Shown here: piece by piece, positions 1 to 8,715 of the stretch
Layout of the letters: the number at the start of each line of letters is the position of its first letter
Numbering within the stretch: position 1 is the stretch's first letter
Source: a virus
Lineage: Duplodnaviria; Heunggongvirae; Uroviricota; Caudoviricetes
Virus record (IMG/VR): IMGVR_UViG_2529293147_000010
Reading direction: 5' to 3' (one strand)
DNA: 14,700 bases
Translations under genes and position numbers: made by a program
Notes under the pieces: generated by a model
The model's input: the letters and a program-made list of their open reading frames with translations, nothing else
What the model was told of the DNA's origin: nothing
The model's database searches: none

Positions 1-124
1 ACAACAACTGCACCGGATATTGAATGGCCAACAGTACCCATTATCGAATAGTGCATTACGAACTGCAGGATATTATATGGGATAATATTCTGCAGTTTAT
101 TGGGGCTGTATTTTAAAAAGGTGT

Positions 125-1456
125 TTATTTTGAGTGAATTATCACCTTGTTTTTTCCGGTTCTTTTGGCTTGATATAACGCTTTATCGGCATTGACTAAC
201 ATTTCAGATGGGCTGAGATTATTCTCTTTTGAAGTAAAGCAACCAATACTGACAGTTATTTTCTCAGGTCCATGCGATAATAATTTTTCCGAGCATTGCT
301 CTTCAATGTTTTTTCTGATTCGCTCTGCAATTGATAGCAAGAGCTTTTGAGTATTACCTTTAATGATAATACCGAACTCCTCACCGCCTAAGCGCCCTAA
401 TATATCCTCTTTCCTGATGGATTTTTTTATTATTCTGGTAACCATTACTATGACTTGATCACCCATATGATGCCCCCATTTGTCATTGATGCTTTTGAAA
501 CTGTCAATATCTAACATTATTACTGAGAAATCATGGTGTTTTGATATATTCTTCAATGAGTCAATAAAGTATCTTCTATTGTATGTATTCGTTAGTGGAT
601 CATGAATTGCCATATGATTAGCATGATTTAATTTCCTGAAAATATAATACATGAGTGTTGAAATGATATAAATCATTGATATCAATTCAAGAAATTTTGT
701 CATGTACCATGCAGGATGGGATTTATCAATAAAATACAATAAAATTAGATTATTGCATACTGACACTATACTAATAAGTATTATACACAACCATATTTTT
801 GAGTAATTACGTATGCTGATGCATGAGCTGATAAGTAATACAAGCCAAAATACTGATATTATTTTGGTGTACACGATATTCCACGTCGGCAAATGACGAT
901 TCAGCGAGTATTGTATAATATTAAGACTATATTTTATATTGTCACTGCTTAGATTTTTTGCTACAAACGGAGTAATAAAAAGAATTAATATTGACAAAAC
1001 AACAATTATTATGTTTCTTTTATCTTCTAAAACACTTTTATTTTTAACATTGGTGGAATAAACAGCCAGAAAGATTATAGATATAAAGCTGAACTGACGG
1101 AATAGATAATATATTGCGATATCATTTGATTTCTGATAGATTGTAGATAAATCGTTACCTAACGGAGATAAAGAAATAATAGCCACTTCTAATAAATAAT
1201 ACGTGTTGCTCAAAAACGCGAATGAAAGAATTAAGAGATAACTTTGTCTCTGATTAGAAACATAGTAAAGCAATAGAAAAATAAAAATCATCAGGTTTAT
1301 GAAAAAAAGCCCAATAATGAAAACACTATAACTTATTTGTGTTGTTTGTGTTATGTATATTCCATTATTTGCATGCAGTAACAAAAATATAATAGAGATG
1401 CATGAAAATAAAAAGATGAAGATTTTTATTTTTATAGGTACCTGGTTGATAATCAT
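125..1456 (-). CDS. Membrane-anchored diguanylate cyclase: N-terminal multi-helix hydrophobic sensor region plus C-terminal GGDEF domain (DgcT/YcdT-like architecture)
   Basis: 443-aa ORF. First ~280 aa are successive hydrophobic helices. C-terminal domain has DPLTNTYNRRYF, an RKED motif (RxxD I-site-like) just upstream of the catalytic GGEEF, and KALYQAKRTGKN. SD-like AGGTG 6 nt upstream of the ATG at 1456. Very AT-rich compared with neighbouring prophage genes. Confidence 0.85.
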   Translation of the reverse strand: MIINQVPIKIKIFIFLFSCISIIFLLLHANNGIYITQTTQISYSVFIIGLFFINLMIFIFLLLYYVSNQRQSYLLILSFAFLSNTYYLLEVAIISLSPLGNDLSTIYQKSNDIAIYYLFRQFSFISIIFLAVYSTNVKNKSVLEDKRNIIIVVLSILILFITPFVAKNLSSDNIKYSLNIIQYSLNRHLPTWNIVYTKIISVFWLVLLISSCISIRNYSKIWLCIILISIVSVCNNLILLYFIDKSHPAWYMTKFLELISMIYIISTLMYYIFRKLNHANHMAIHDPLTNTYNRRYFIDSLKNISKHHDFSVIMLDIDSFKSINDKWGHHMGDQVIVMVTRIIKKSIRKEDILGRLGGEEFGIIIKGNTQKLLLSIAERIRKNIEEQCSEKLLSHGPEKITVSIGCFTSKENNLSPSEMLVNADKALYQAKRTGKNKVIIHSK

Positions 1457-1716
1457 GTACGCACCTGAGAATGATATATATATAATATGTATCGCTACAA
1501 ATAACGATAATTTCTTACTGGTGATAGTATACTATTATTCTGGTTAATCGCTGTCAAATTGATGATTTTGGTTAGTATTGCAATAGCGAAGAGTTTGATC
1601 CGGTAAGACTGGCTAGGCAAGGCTATACCAAAAAATCAGTGTAGGTTCAGAAAACGATGCACCATACAATCATCAATAATTTCAAATTGTCCATTGTGCA
1701 TAAATCATAAAGAAAA

Positions 1717-1749
1717 CCGCAGCACGTCGTATGCAAGAACGTGCTGCGG
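1717..1749. terminator. Perfect 10-bp stem hairpin (CCGCAGCACG / CGTGCTGCGG, 13-nt loop) with A-run on the left and T-rich tract on the right; candidate bidirectional intrinsic terminator
   Basis: Inverted repeat read directly from the sequence. On the minus strand the stem is followed by TTTTCTTTAT, as expected for a terminator about 300 nt downstream of int. It separates the prophage from the GGDEF gene promoter region. Confidence 0.45.
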
Positions 1750-1790
1750 TTGGTTTGACTTTGATTGAGACGTTTTGGAATTTTTTTTTG

Positions 1791-1842
1791 TGGCAAAAAT
1801 GGGGCAAAACGCTGCAAAAGGGGCAAAAAAGGGGCAAAAAAA
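1791..1842. repeat. Five tandem copies of (G)GGGCAAAA(A) at about 10-11 bp spacing; candidate integrase arm-type binding sites of attL
   Basis: TGGCAAAAA, GGGGCAAAA, GCTGCAAAA, GGGGCAAAAAA, GGGGCAAAAAAA in direct tandem, preceded by a T10 run. An inverted copy TTTTTGCCC lies at 1931-1939. Located between the terminator hairpin and the 3' end of int. Confidence 0.45.
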
Positions 1843-2016
1843 GAGTGGATTATCGTAGTTTATTGTTCTCGCTGATGATGTTTAACACATTGAAAAATAA
1901 GTAAAACACTTATGAGTCAGATAGTTGTGATTTTTGCCCTTACTTGTTCAGGTTGTATTGTTCTTTCTTTGTAATTTGTTGATTTTCTTGCATTATTTCA
2001 GTTCTCTGGTACTAAA

Positions 2017-2036
2017 TGGGGCAAATTGGGGGCAAA
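2017..2036. repeat. Two further direct copies of the GGGGCAAA motif immediately next to the int stop codon
   Basis: TGGGGCAAA and GGGGGCAAA at 2017-2036; same motif family as the 1791-1842 cluster. Confidence 0.4.
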
Positions 2037-2044
2037 CTTTGCAA

Positions 2045-3280
2045 CTACGATAACCGCGCATTCAACATGGCTATCTGTTCGTCGTTCATGTCATCAATCC
2101 ACATACCGTAAATTTCATACACCATCTGCGCAGTTTCATGCCCCATTTGGCTGGCTATAAATGCCGGGTTCGCTCCTGCCGTCAACAGCCAGCAGGCAAA
2201 AGTATGCCGCGTATGGTACGGATTACGGCGGCGAATACCAGCACGTTTTACTGCTGCATTCCACCTTGCCCCCAAACTGCTTACCGAGTAATAAGGTTTT
2301 TGTTTTCCGTTACACACCCTGGGCATGAAAACAAAATGCAGTTTTTGCTTTTCGGTTCTGCCGTACTCCCGATGATAAAAGGGGATTTCGCTTTTGCGAT
2401 GATGCCCGGTCAGTTTGTATTGCTCCTTCAGTGCTTCAAGAGCAGGCTGCAGTAGTGTTACTGTTCGGATCCCGGCATTTGTTTTTGGGGGACCGAACAT
2501 ATCAAGTATCGTCAGGTTTCTTCTGACATTCACTATTCCCTTTTCGAGATCCACATCCTCCCACGCCAGAGCTGCCAGTTCCCCGTGACGAAGTCCTGAG
2601 TAAACGGCAAATTTCCACAAGTTCTGGCTCTGTCCTTTTTCACTTTCCATTAATGCATTGAATTCTGTTTTAGATAACGGATCAGGCTTTATTCTGTTTC
2701 GCTGTAATTTTTTTACTCCTTCAAATGGTTTGGTTGATATAAATCCCGACTGATACGCAAAACGCAACAGCGAACAGAGCAGGGCGATATAGTTATCAAC
2801 TGTGCGCACGGTTCTTCCTTTTTTGTTGGATCTTGGATTATCCAGGTAAAGCGTTTCTCCATGCAGCAGTTCATTCCGGTAGTTTAAGATATCGCTATAA
2901 CGAATATGTGATATCGGGGTACTTTCACAAATTATTATTCTGAGTGTTTTTAATTGTGATTTCGTTTTCTTCATTGTGTTTGTTGTTAACTCTGTCTCTT
3001 TAATTTTTGTCCAGATATCACAAAGCTCTCCGAACGTTTTTATGACTCTCGTTGTCACCATTTTTGCCCCAGTGCTGGACTGGGGAAAACGTCTTAAATA
3101 CTCAAATTCACCGGAGTTTATTTCATGAACTATCAGCGCTCTTAAATTTCCGGCCTTTTTAATATTACTGTTTGTAATCTCCCAGCCTTTTAATGTTTCC
3201 CGACATCGTTTTCCTCGAAACATGAACCAGATGCGAATGTATCTACCTCTAATCTCGACACCTGTTGGTAATTTAGACAT
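2045..3280 (-). CDS. intR: Tyrosine site-specific integrase (Rac prophage IntR type)
   Basis: 411-aa ORF beginning MSKLPTGVEIRGRYIRIWF. C-terminal catalytic region has the R...HxxR...Y pattern (NPYHTRHTFACWLL, then MVYEIY). Length and N-terminus match my recollection of K-12 IntR. The xis gene ends 2 nt upstream of its start. Confidence 0.93.
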   Translation of the reverse strand: MSKLPTGVEIRGRYIRIWFMFRGKRCRETLKGWEITNSNIKKAGNLRALIVHEINSGEFEYLRRFPQSSTGAKMVTTRVIKTFGELCDIWTKIKETELTTNTMKKTKSQLKTLRIIICESTPISHIRYSDILNYRNELLHGETLYLDNPRSNKKGRTVRTVDNYIALLCSLLRFAYQSGFISTKPFEGVKKLQRNRIKPDPLSKTEFNALMESEKGQSQNLWKFAVYSGLRHGELAALAWEDVDLEKGIVNVRRNLTILDMFGPPKTNAGIRTVTLLQPALEALKEQYKLTGHHRKSEIPFYHREYGRTEKQKLHFVFMPRVCNGKQKPYYSVSSLGARWNAAVKRAGIRRRNPYHTRHTFACWLLTAGANPAFIASQMGHETAQMVYEIYGMWIDDMNDEQIAMLNARLS

Positions 3281-3281
3281 A

Positions 3282-3497
3282 TCATGAGTCTTTGATAAAC
3301 TGATTTATCTTTGGATAGTTGTACCAGATAATCCCTCGTTTGCTGTCTGGCTTACCTAAAGGAGATACTCGTTTGAAGTGGAAGCCCTCCACCCAACAGT
3401 TCTGGCGGTATGCTTCAATTTGTCTGGCCCCCAGACCAGTGCGAAGCATCAGGCCGTATTCAACCATCCACTCTTCATTAAAGATTACTTGTGCCAT
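3282..3497 (-). CDS. xisR: Excisionase-like small DNA-binding protein (Rac XisR/YdaQ)
   Basis: 71 aa from the internal ATG at 3497 ([16 protein letters not shown]...), with GAGGGG SD about 5 nt upstream. The ORF track's longer 79-aa version starts at a TTG. Classic xis-int arrangement. Confidence 0.85.
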   Translation of the reverse strand: MAQVIFNEEWMVEYGLMLRTGLGARQIEAYRQNCWVEGFHFKRVSPLGKPDSKRGIIWYNYPKINQFIKDS

Positions 3498-3575
3498 CGC
3501 ATCCCCTCTGGCAGGCGCCAATGTTAGACTGAAATTGACGCCCGATGTTGATTATTAATAATCAGCTATGAAGTT

Positions 3576-3785
3576 TTAATTTGAATACAATGCAATTCTC
3601 GAGGACTGAAGTTTCTCGCAATTAAAATTTATCAGTTTTACTTTCTGCTCTCTGGAAACGCCTGCTTCTTTTTTACCTGAGAGCATTTTTTCGCATTCTG
3701 ATTTCGTTAGTTTAGATTTTGAATATCTTGTCCAGTTAGTAGGAGTGCCACCTTCCTTTTCAATAGTGGCGGTAATTTTATACAT
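3576..3785 (-). CDS. rcbA: Rac prophage small protein RcbA/YdaC (reported to reduce chromosome breaks)
   Basis: 69 aa from the ATG at 3785 (MYKITATIEKEGG...), GGAGG SD 6 nt upstream. The track's 93-aa version uses an upstream start. Overlaps the ralR stop by 8 nt. Confidence 0.85.
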   Translation of the reverse strand: MYKITATIEKEGGTPTNWTRYSKSKLTKSECEKMLSGKKEAGVSREQKVKLINFNCEKLQSSRIALYSN

Positions 3786-3972
3786 GAACACCTCCATTAT
3801 TATTTCCAGTGGTTCGTTTATTCCATCTTTCGAGTGCTTCTTTTTCACTTCCACCATAACCGGTTCGGGATTCGCATCCGTTACACTTCGCTCGGTAATA
3901 TCCTGAAATGGCTTTCACCGTTACTGATGGACAACCACAAAATGGACATGGTTTAACATTGTCATATCTCAT
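3778..3972 (-). CDS. ralR: RalR/Lar: restriction-alleviation protein, reported DNase toxin of a type I toxin-antitoxin pair
   Basis: 64 aa from the ATG at 3972 (MRYDNVKPCPFCGCPS...CNGCESRT). Two CxxC pairs suggest a zinc ribbon. Length matches K-12 RalR; SD is weak. Confidence 0.85.
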   Translation of the reverse strand: MRYDNVKPCPFCGCPSVTVKAISGYYRAKCNGCESRTGYGGSEKEALERWNKRTTGNNNGGVHV

Positions 3973-4028
3973 AATTTTTCTCATAAAAAATATTTCAAGT
4001 TGGCGGTGCATTACACCGCCAGGCTGAA

Positions 4029-4838
4029 TTATTCCTCTGAATTATCGATTACACTGTATTCCCCGGTTAATACAGAGGAATCTGCAGGATCGATTGTCAG
4101 TGGTTCCTTTTCATCCATTGATACTGCACGCTGGATCTCAATTGATACGGGCAAATATTTGAACAGGCGACGAATAGCCGTTTTCTTTGCCATTTCTTCC
4201 CAGTGAGTTACCCACGGCCCGTTATTACCAGCTTTACTCAGGCTGCGCACCAGCTCAATCTGTTTGCGCGTCATAACTTCAAACTGAGTACCTCCGTCTT
4301 TCAGTCTTGCGACAGCATAGACGTGGGTAACCGGGGCATCTTCGTTTTCTCCCGGGCGGGGTATTAACTTTTCATCAAGGCCAAATTCGAAGCTAAACTC
4401 GTCACCTTCACGGACAACACGGGCTGACAGGCTGGCGATTTGACCAGAACGGCGAGCCAGATCAATCATGCCGCGATAGCCAATGATTAGCTGAACGTTC
4501 TTTTTACCGCTCTTTTCGTTTTTATTACCAAAAGGCAGTAAATATGCATGACCGAGGGCGCTACCTGGCTCAAGTCCGAGCTGTGAACACTGTACGATCG
4601 CACTGACAAAACTCATAGTGTCACAGTTTCCTAACGCCGGAACTTTACGAATTTCTGTGGTGGCGATACGGATCATACGTTCAGCCGTCATATGGCGTGG
4701 AAGAGCTGCTGCCAGTTGCTCTTTCATTGATGGCTGGTTAATAAAACTAATCACGTCGCTATTTTTAACTGCTGCTGGGGCACGATTTCCCTGAGTTTTT
4801 TGCAGATCGGCTTTTGCGATTGGTGGTTGCTTAGTCAT
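4029..4838 (-). CDS. recT: RecT single-strand annealing recombinase
   Basis: 269 aa from the ATG at 4838 ([25 protein letters not shown]...), AAGGA SD 8 nt upstream. The track's 288-aa version uses an upstream start inside recE. Overlaps the recE stop by 8 nt, as in K-12. Confidence 0.95.
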   Translation of the reverse strand: MTKQPPIAKADLQKTQGNRAPAAVKNSDVISFINQPSMKEQLAAALPRHMTAERMIRIATTEIRKVPALGNCDTMSFVSAIVQCSQLGLEPGSALGHAYLLPFGNKNEKSGKKNVQLIIGYRGMIDLARRSGQIASLSARVVREGDEFSFEFGLDEKLIPRPGENEDAPVTHVYAVARLKDGGTQFEVMTRKQIELVRSLSKAGNNGPWVTHWEEMAKKTAIRRLFKYLPVSIEIQRAVSMDEKEPLTIDPADSSVLTGEYSVIDNSEE

Positions 4839-7431
4839 TTGCATATTCCTTAGCCCAGCGGGGCAGTGATAATGTCTTAATAGCTGGCCATTCATCGGTA
4901 TTCAGGCAGTCAGACAGGGTTCGCAGATTGCGGTGATATTCCTGTTGACCTGCCAGTTTTGCTTCTTCGCCCATCATGAAAATTTCAACCGGATAACGTC
5001 CGCATTCAATAGTTGTGCTGGCAACCAGAAAAACGAAAGTTGGCTGCACTCCAAACTGTGCTTCATAACCGTCACTGTAGAATGCATCCTGAACGTGATA
5101 GCGGTAGTCGTAATAAGCGGTTTTGAATCGTTGAATATCCGCCGTAGTTTTCACGTCCATGATCCAGTGAAATTCAGGGATAATTTTGTCCGGACGGCAC
5201 CGACACAAAATTCCTGTTTCAGGATCTTCCCAGTAAATTGATGATTCAGCGTGTCCGGCGCTTTCAACAAGCCATTGCCCCAGCGGCAAAGCCATAACGC
5301 TTTGATACATGAGTTCAATTTTCCGGCCTTCTTCCGCAGTGATAACCGTTTTTCCTGTGCTTGCGCATTCCATCAGAAACGCTTTCTCTTCTTCTTTTCC
5401 GGCGTTTGTACGGCGGTTAAATTCAGGTGCTACGATAAAGCGGTTACTGAATTCTTCCGGTTCAAGTACCCGGCAGTGGAAAGCAGTTCCTAAATCGAGC
5501 GTTTTTGTCTTTGTGGTGTCCACGGGGGCATTTTTACGCCACAAATATAGTGCCGGAGTATCAGCAATGTCATCGAGCTGAGACTTACTGATACCGGGAC
5601 CCGCGTGGTAATTCTCATTCGAAATTCCGTAATAAATACCTGGCTCTATGTCTTCTACGATTACGGGATCTGCGACTTCGCCAGTTTCATCACTGCAATC
5701 GCGATGCGGATCGCTGCCAGCATTCTCATTGTGCGGATGTTCAGCGCCTTCCATTTCCTCCGGATCATTTTCCTTAGCTTCAACCTGACTCTCTTCATCG
5801 AATGTTTCCTGGTATGTTGCGTCGCCCATCACCGCACCACAGTCAGGGCAGTTATCCCCGCCAGTCTGGCCGCAGGCATTGCAGGCTATTTCCGGTTCCT
5901 GTTGCACTACTGGCTCAGGTTGATTCATATCCGGGCTGGTTTTTTCCGTTTCTGGCTGGTTCTGGTACACACAATCGCGAGTCTGGATCCCCTTTACCCA
6001 TTTCGGATCGTTCGGGTCGCTAATTCCGTCAACAAATTCATCACGTGATGCAGCAAGCAATTTATCGGCATCGACAGGATTTTTTGATGGAATGTTTTTC
6101 CGGGCTTTATGGAGTTCTGCCCGCAGTTCCTGATATTTCGCATCAACAGAATTTACCTGTGACTGAGCATCCAGCGGCTGCGTGTCCTGATGATGTTCAG
6201 TTGCGTCCGGTTCCATTGTTTCAGCCTCTCCCTGTTCAACTGCCGTTGTTCCAGATGGTTGCGGTTTTTCTTCATCATCCTGTTTTCCTTCTTCTGTTAC
6301 TCGCTGCGGCATCGGGGCAGAGGAGCGACCGCAGGCAATATCCACGATTTCCGGATCAGGGTTGGCATGATCGGTTTCAGTCAGTACTTTGTTCAGATAT
6401 TCAGTGACGTGCGCGGGGATGACCTCGATCCCAATTGGTGCTTCTTTTACGGACGCAACCACGATGGCGCGGGAATAATCCAGCCCGCCAGGCATGGTGA
6501 TGAATTTGTCGCGGAAAACAGAAAAGGGCGGTTTATTTTCAGCGATAATTTCCTCAATGCGTTTAGCGTGTGCCGGATGAAGGTTATAGATGTCCAGATC
6601 CATTGAACGGGCCAGTACGCCAGTGGCTACGTCGCGCGCCAGTGACGTCAGATCGTGTACGAAACCTTCGCCGCGATCGGTGAGGTTTCCGCCGCCAGCA
6701 TTAGCACCGGAAGCCGTGCGAGTGATGTGTGAAACACGATTACCCTTCATCCACTCTTTTGTCAGCAGTCCTCGATCGGTGTAGTCAGCGTTCAGGTATG
6801 CTTCGAAAAAAGCAGTTATCAGTCCCAGGTTTGAATTACCAGGATTAGGGAAAACTTTGTCAGTGTCACGAACCAGTTTGTGGAGTTCGCGAATTTCCAG
6901 CGGGTCGAGCAGGCTGGTTTTGTGGGAAACAGCCAGGGCAGTAACAGCCGGTAGTTCTTCAGCCCGAGCAATGTGTAATGCCTGGAGTCCGTCGCGTGAA
7001 ACGTGCGTTACCGGTTTTTCGCTGCCGTGTTGAGCAAGCCAACGAATGGGCAGTTCCTGGCCAGAAATTGGGAGTAGCATATTCTCCTCAATCTCAGTCA
7101 TGTCTTCGCCGTTGACGTTGGTATTGCCTTGATAGTGAGCGTTGTCTGGTGCTGCTCCCGGTTTTAGTTCCCATGTCATGGAGTCTTTGCTGAGTTGATA
7201 GCGTTCACTCCAGGTAAAATCGATCTCACCTTCAGCGGGCAGGTCATTAACGACAGGAAAATTCGTGGCAACAGCTTTAAAATAGCTGCTCAGTTTTTTA
7301 CCTGACTTAACGATCAGGTAGTCCAGAGTGGCACAGGTCGATTCAAAATCGTTGCTTGCCCACAGGACGACGTCAGGTTCACCGGATGATTTTTTCGCTT
7401 TCCGTAACAGGAAGAGTGGTTTTGTGCTCAT
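4831..7431 (-). CDS. recE: RecE exonuclease VIII (5'-3' dsDNA exonuclease, partner of RecT)
   Basis: 866-aa ORF beginning [30 protein letters not shown]; length and sequence match my recollection of K-12 RecE. Long acidic central region with a C-x2-C-x9-C-x2-C motif. The C-terminal ~260 aa is the nuclease domain by established knowledge. Confidence 0.95.
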   Translation of the reverse strand: MSTKPLFLLRKAKKSSGEPDVVLWASNDFESTCATLDYLIVKSGKKLSSYFKAVATNFPVVNDLPAEGEIDFTWSERYQLSKDSMTWELKPGAAPDNAHYQGNTNVNGEDMTEIEENMLLPISGQELPIRWLAQHGSEKPVTHVSRDGLQALHIARAEELPAVTALAVSHKTSLLDPLEIRELHKLVRDTDKVFPNPGNSNLGLITAFFEAYLNADYTDRGLLTKEWMKGNRVSHITRTASGANAGGGNLTDRGEGFVHDLTSLARDVATGVLARSMDLDIYNLHPAHAKRIEEIIAENKPPFSVFRDKFITMPGGLDYSRAIVVASVKEAPIGIEVIPAHVTEYLNKVLTETDHANPDPEIVDIACGRSSAPMPQRVTEEGKQDDEEKPQPSGTTAVEQGEAETMEPDATEHHQDTQPLDAQSQVNSVDAKYQELRAELHKARKNIPSKNPVDADKLLAASRDEFVDGISDPNDPKWVKGIQTRDCVYQNQPETEKTSPDMNQPEPVVQQEPEIACNACGQTGGDNCPDCGAVMGDATYQETFDEESQVEAKENDPEEMEGAEHPHNENAGSDPHRDCSDETGEVADPVIVEDIEPGIYYGISNENYHAGPGISKSQLDDIADTPALYLWRKNAPVDTTKTKTLDLGTAFHCRVLEPEEFSNRFIVAPEFNRRTNAGKEEEKAFLMECASTGKTVITAEEGRKIELMYQSVMALPLGQWLVESAGHAESSIYWEDPETGILCRCRPDKIIPEFHWIMDVKTTADIQRFKTAYYDYRYHVQDAFYSDGYEAQFGVQPTFVFLVASTTIECGRYPVEIFMMGEEAKLAGQQEYHRNLRTLSDCLNTDEWPAIKTLSLPRWAKEYAND

Positions 7432-7502
7432 TGTTTTTTAACCTCAACTCAGATTAAAATTCGTTTTGTTCAGTGAATGATCTTGCCGGATACACACTGT
7501 TC

Positions 7503-7527
7503 ATAGCCTGCGCCATACGCAGGCTAT
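7503..7527. other. Perfect 10-bp inverted repeat hairpin (ATAGCCTGCG, loop CCATA, CGCAGGCTAT) right after the racC stop, between racC and recE
   Basis: Read directly from sequence. No T-run follows on the minus (operon) strand; a T-rich stretch follows on the plus strand. Confidence 0.35.
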
Positions 7528-7532
7528 TTCTT

Positions 7533-7808
7533 TCAGATTTCACCTTTTAATTTCATTGCAATTAGAGTTGCCAGAAATTCGGCTTTTTTTTCTGCGGGCA
7601 GATTCTTTCCGATATGCACCAGGCACATTTTTTTGACACCTTCATCAAGTGTTTTTACGTTGCCTGATGGACCATCGATATCAACCACAGTGAATGGGGT
7701 TTCTTTATTTTCTGTTTTAATTACGTAGCCAATGCGCTTTCCTTCCAGATTCACCTCGTGAACAATGTCATCGGTAGTTACAACAGTGGCTTCATAATTG
7801 GTAATCAT
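7533..7808 (-). CDS. racC: RacC (Rac prophage protein of unknown function)
   Basis: 91 aa from the ATG at 7808 (MITNYEATVVTTDDIVHEV...), GGAG SD upstream. The track's 107-aa version starts further upstream. Confidence 0.85.
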   Translation of the reverse strand: MITNYEATVVTTDDIVHEVNLEGKRIGYVIKTENKETPFTVVDIDGPSGNVKTLDEGVKKMCLVHIGKNLPAEKKAEFLATLIAMKLKGEI

Positions 7809-7882
7809 GTTTTTCTCCTTAATTAAGGTTGAGCGAATACCTGCCATTTCTGGCATAAATTCAGTTTCGAATAGTCAATTAA

Positions 7883-8053
7883 TTAAAGTTCATGTGCCAT
7901 CTGGTCTTTTTCGGCACAAGCTTCACTGCAATATTTTCTCGGTTCGTCTTTTGATAAAATCCCGTGCATGAAGTGAAGCATTCTTTCAATAGCTTTGCTT
8001 TCTTCAACGTCTTTTTTGCAAAGGTGGTAAGCACATTTTATTTTCTTAGTCAT
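7883..8053 (-). CDS. ydaE: YdaE small Cys-rich (zinc-binding type) protein
   Basis: Not in the ORF track (56 aa, below its length cutoff). I translated it by hand: [56 protein letters not shown]. Its ATG overlaps the kilR TGA by 1 nt. Two Cys pairs (C-x4-C, C-x3-C). Confidence 0.75.
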   Translation of the reverse strand: MTKKIKCAYHLCKKDVEESKAIERMLHFMHGILSKDEPRKYCSEACAEKDQMAHEL

Positions 8054-8274
8054 CACCATGACTCCGCCTTTACAGGTAAACCATCACGACCGAGGAAGAC
8101 TTTAATCATGCGGTCAGTAATGCATGTTTTTGTGGTCAGGTTACGAATATATAGTTTTCGCTTTTTAATATTGTTTGCCGAGGCAATATATGTCCGGCCT
8201 TCATGAAGAACATAATCGCCAGGAGTCACACACTGACGTGGTATTTCATCAGTTCCGAAGTGATGTGCAATCAT
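8053..8274 (-). CDS. kilR: KilR, FtsZ-targeting cell-division inhibitor (killing function of Rac)
   Basis: 73 aa from the ATG at 8274 ([21 protein letters not shown]...), GGAG SD 7 nt upstream. Matches K-12 KilR in length and sequence as I recall it. Confidence 0.85.
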   Translation of the reverse strand: MIAHHFGTDEIPRQCVTPGDYVLHEGRTYIASANNIKKRKLYIRNLTTKTCITDRMIKVFLGRDGLPVKAESW

Positions 8275-8715
8275 AATTATCTCCATTTTTACAAATGAAC
8301 TTTGTTGATGCGGTGCCTGGTGCCTCCAGGTGACTGCAACCAGTTAACAATTACAGTCGGCTTTCCCACCCAAACCAATAAGGACTAACATGACTTTTAA
8401 CTGTGCCACGTGCGCTTAGCCGCATTCACCGCATCACAAAATTCACTTTAAAAAGGGCGGACATCAGCCGAACTTCAAGAAAAAAACTGATGCCGCCAGG
8501 ACTACACACAGCAATGTCGTTATTTACAACCGGAGGCGCACTCCCACCATTTAAATTTAACAGACAAGACCGACTCTTTATGGATATCGGAAATGCGCCT
8601 TCGTGTTGTGCCCGGTTTTATTTCACCACCTCCGGGCTTCGGTGGTCTCGGCTATACCCCTACAGCGAGAGCTTGTGTTAACATTTCAATACCCTTACAG
8701 TTGAGAGTTATTGAT

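Noticed and set aside
1353-1547. 64-aa plus-strand ORF overlapping the start of the GGDEF gene
   Set aside because: Overlaps the GGDEF start codon and promoter region; extremely AT-rich, low-complexity translation; no SD.
1657-1710. 17-codon plus-strand ORF (MHHTIINNFKLSIVHKS) ending just before the terminator hairpin
   Set aside because: Considered as the 3' remnant of a gene interrupted at attL, but it is too short to assess and does not resemble the TtcA C-terminus as I recall it. Left as non-coding.
1791-2036. GGGGCAAAA repeat ladder as a possible CRISPR array or tRNA
   Set aside because: Repeat units are only about 9-11 bp with no spacers of CRISPR size; no cloverleaf-compatible sequence found. 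Better explained as integrase arm-type sites.
2138-2455. 105-aa plus-strand ORF inside the integrase gene
   Set aside because: Antisense to intR, with no independent support.
3319-3558. 79-aa plus-strand ORF antisense to xis
   Set aside because: Opposite a well-supported excisionase gene, with no SD. Considered as a possible location for the RalA sRNA, but no promoter or terminator pair supports it.
4933-6784. Series of plus-strand ORFs (73-147 aa) overlapping recE
   Set aside because: All lie antisense within the well-supported 866-aa recE ORF, lack SD sequences and have odd Cys/Phe/Arg-rich composition typical of antisense frames of a GC-rich gene.
8403-8681. 92-aa plus-strand ORF in the kilR-sieB intergenic region
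   Set aside because: No SD, Arg/Pro/Ser-rich composition, and it runs into the sieB upstream region. Kept only as a note in the intergenic finding.
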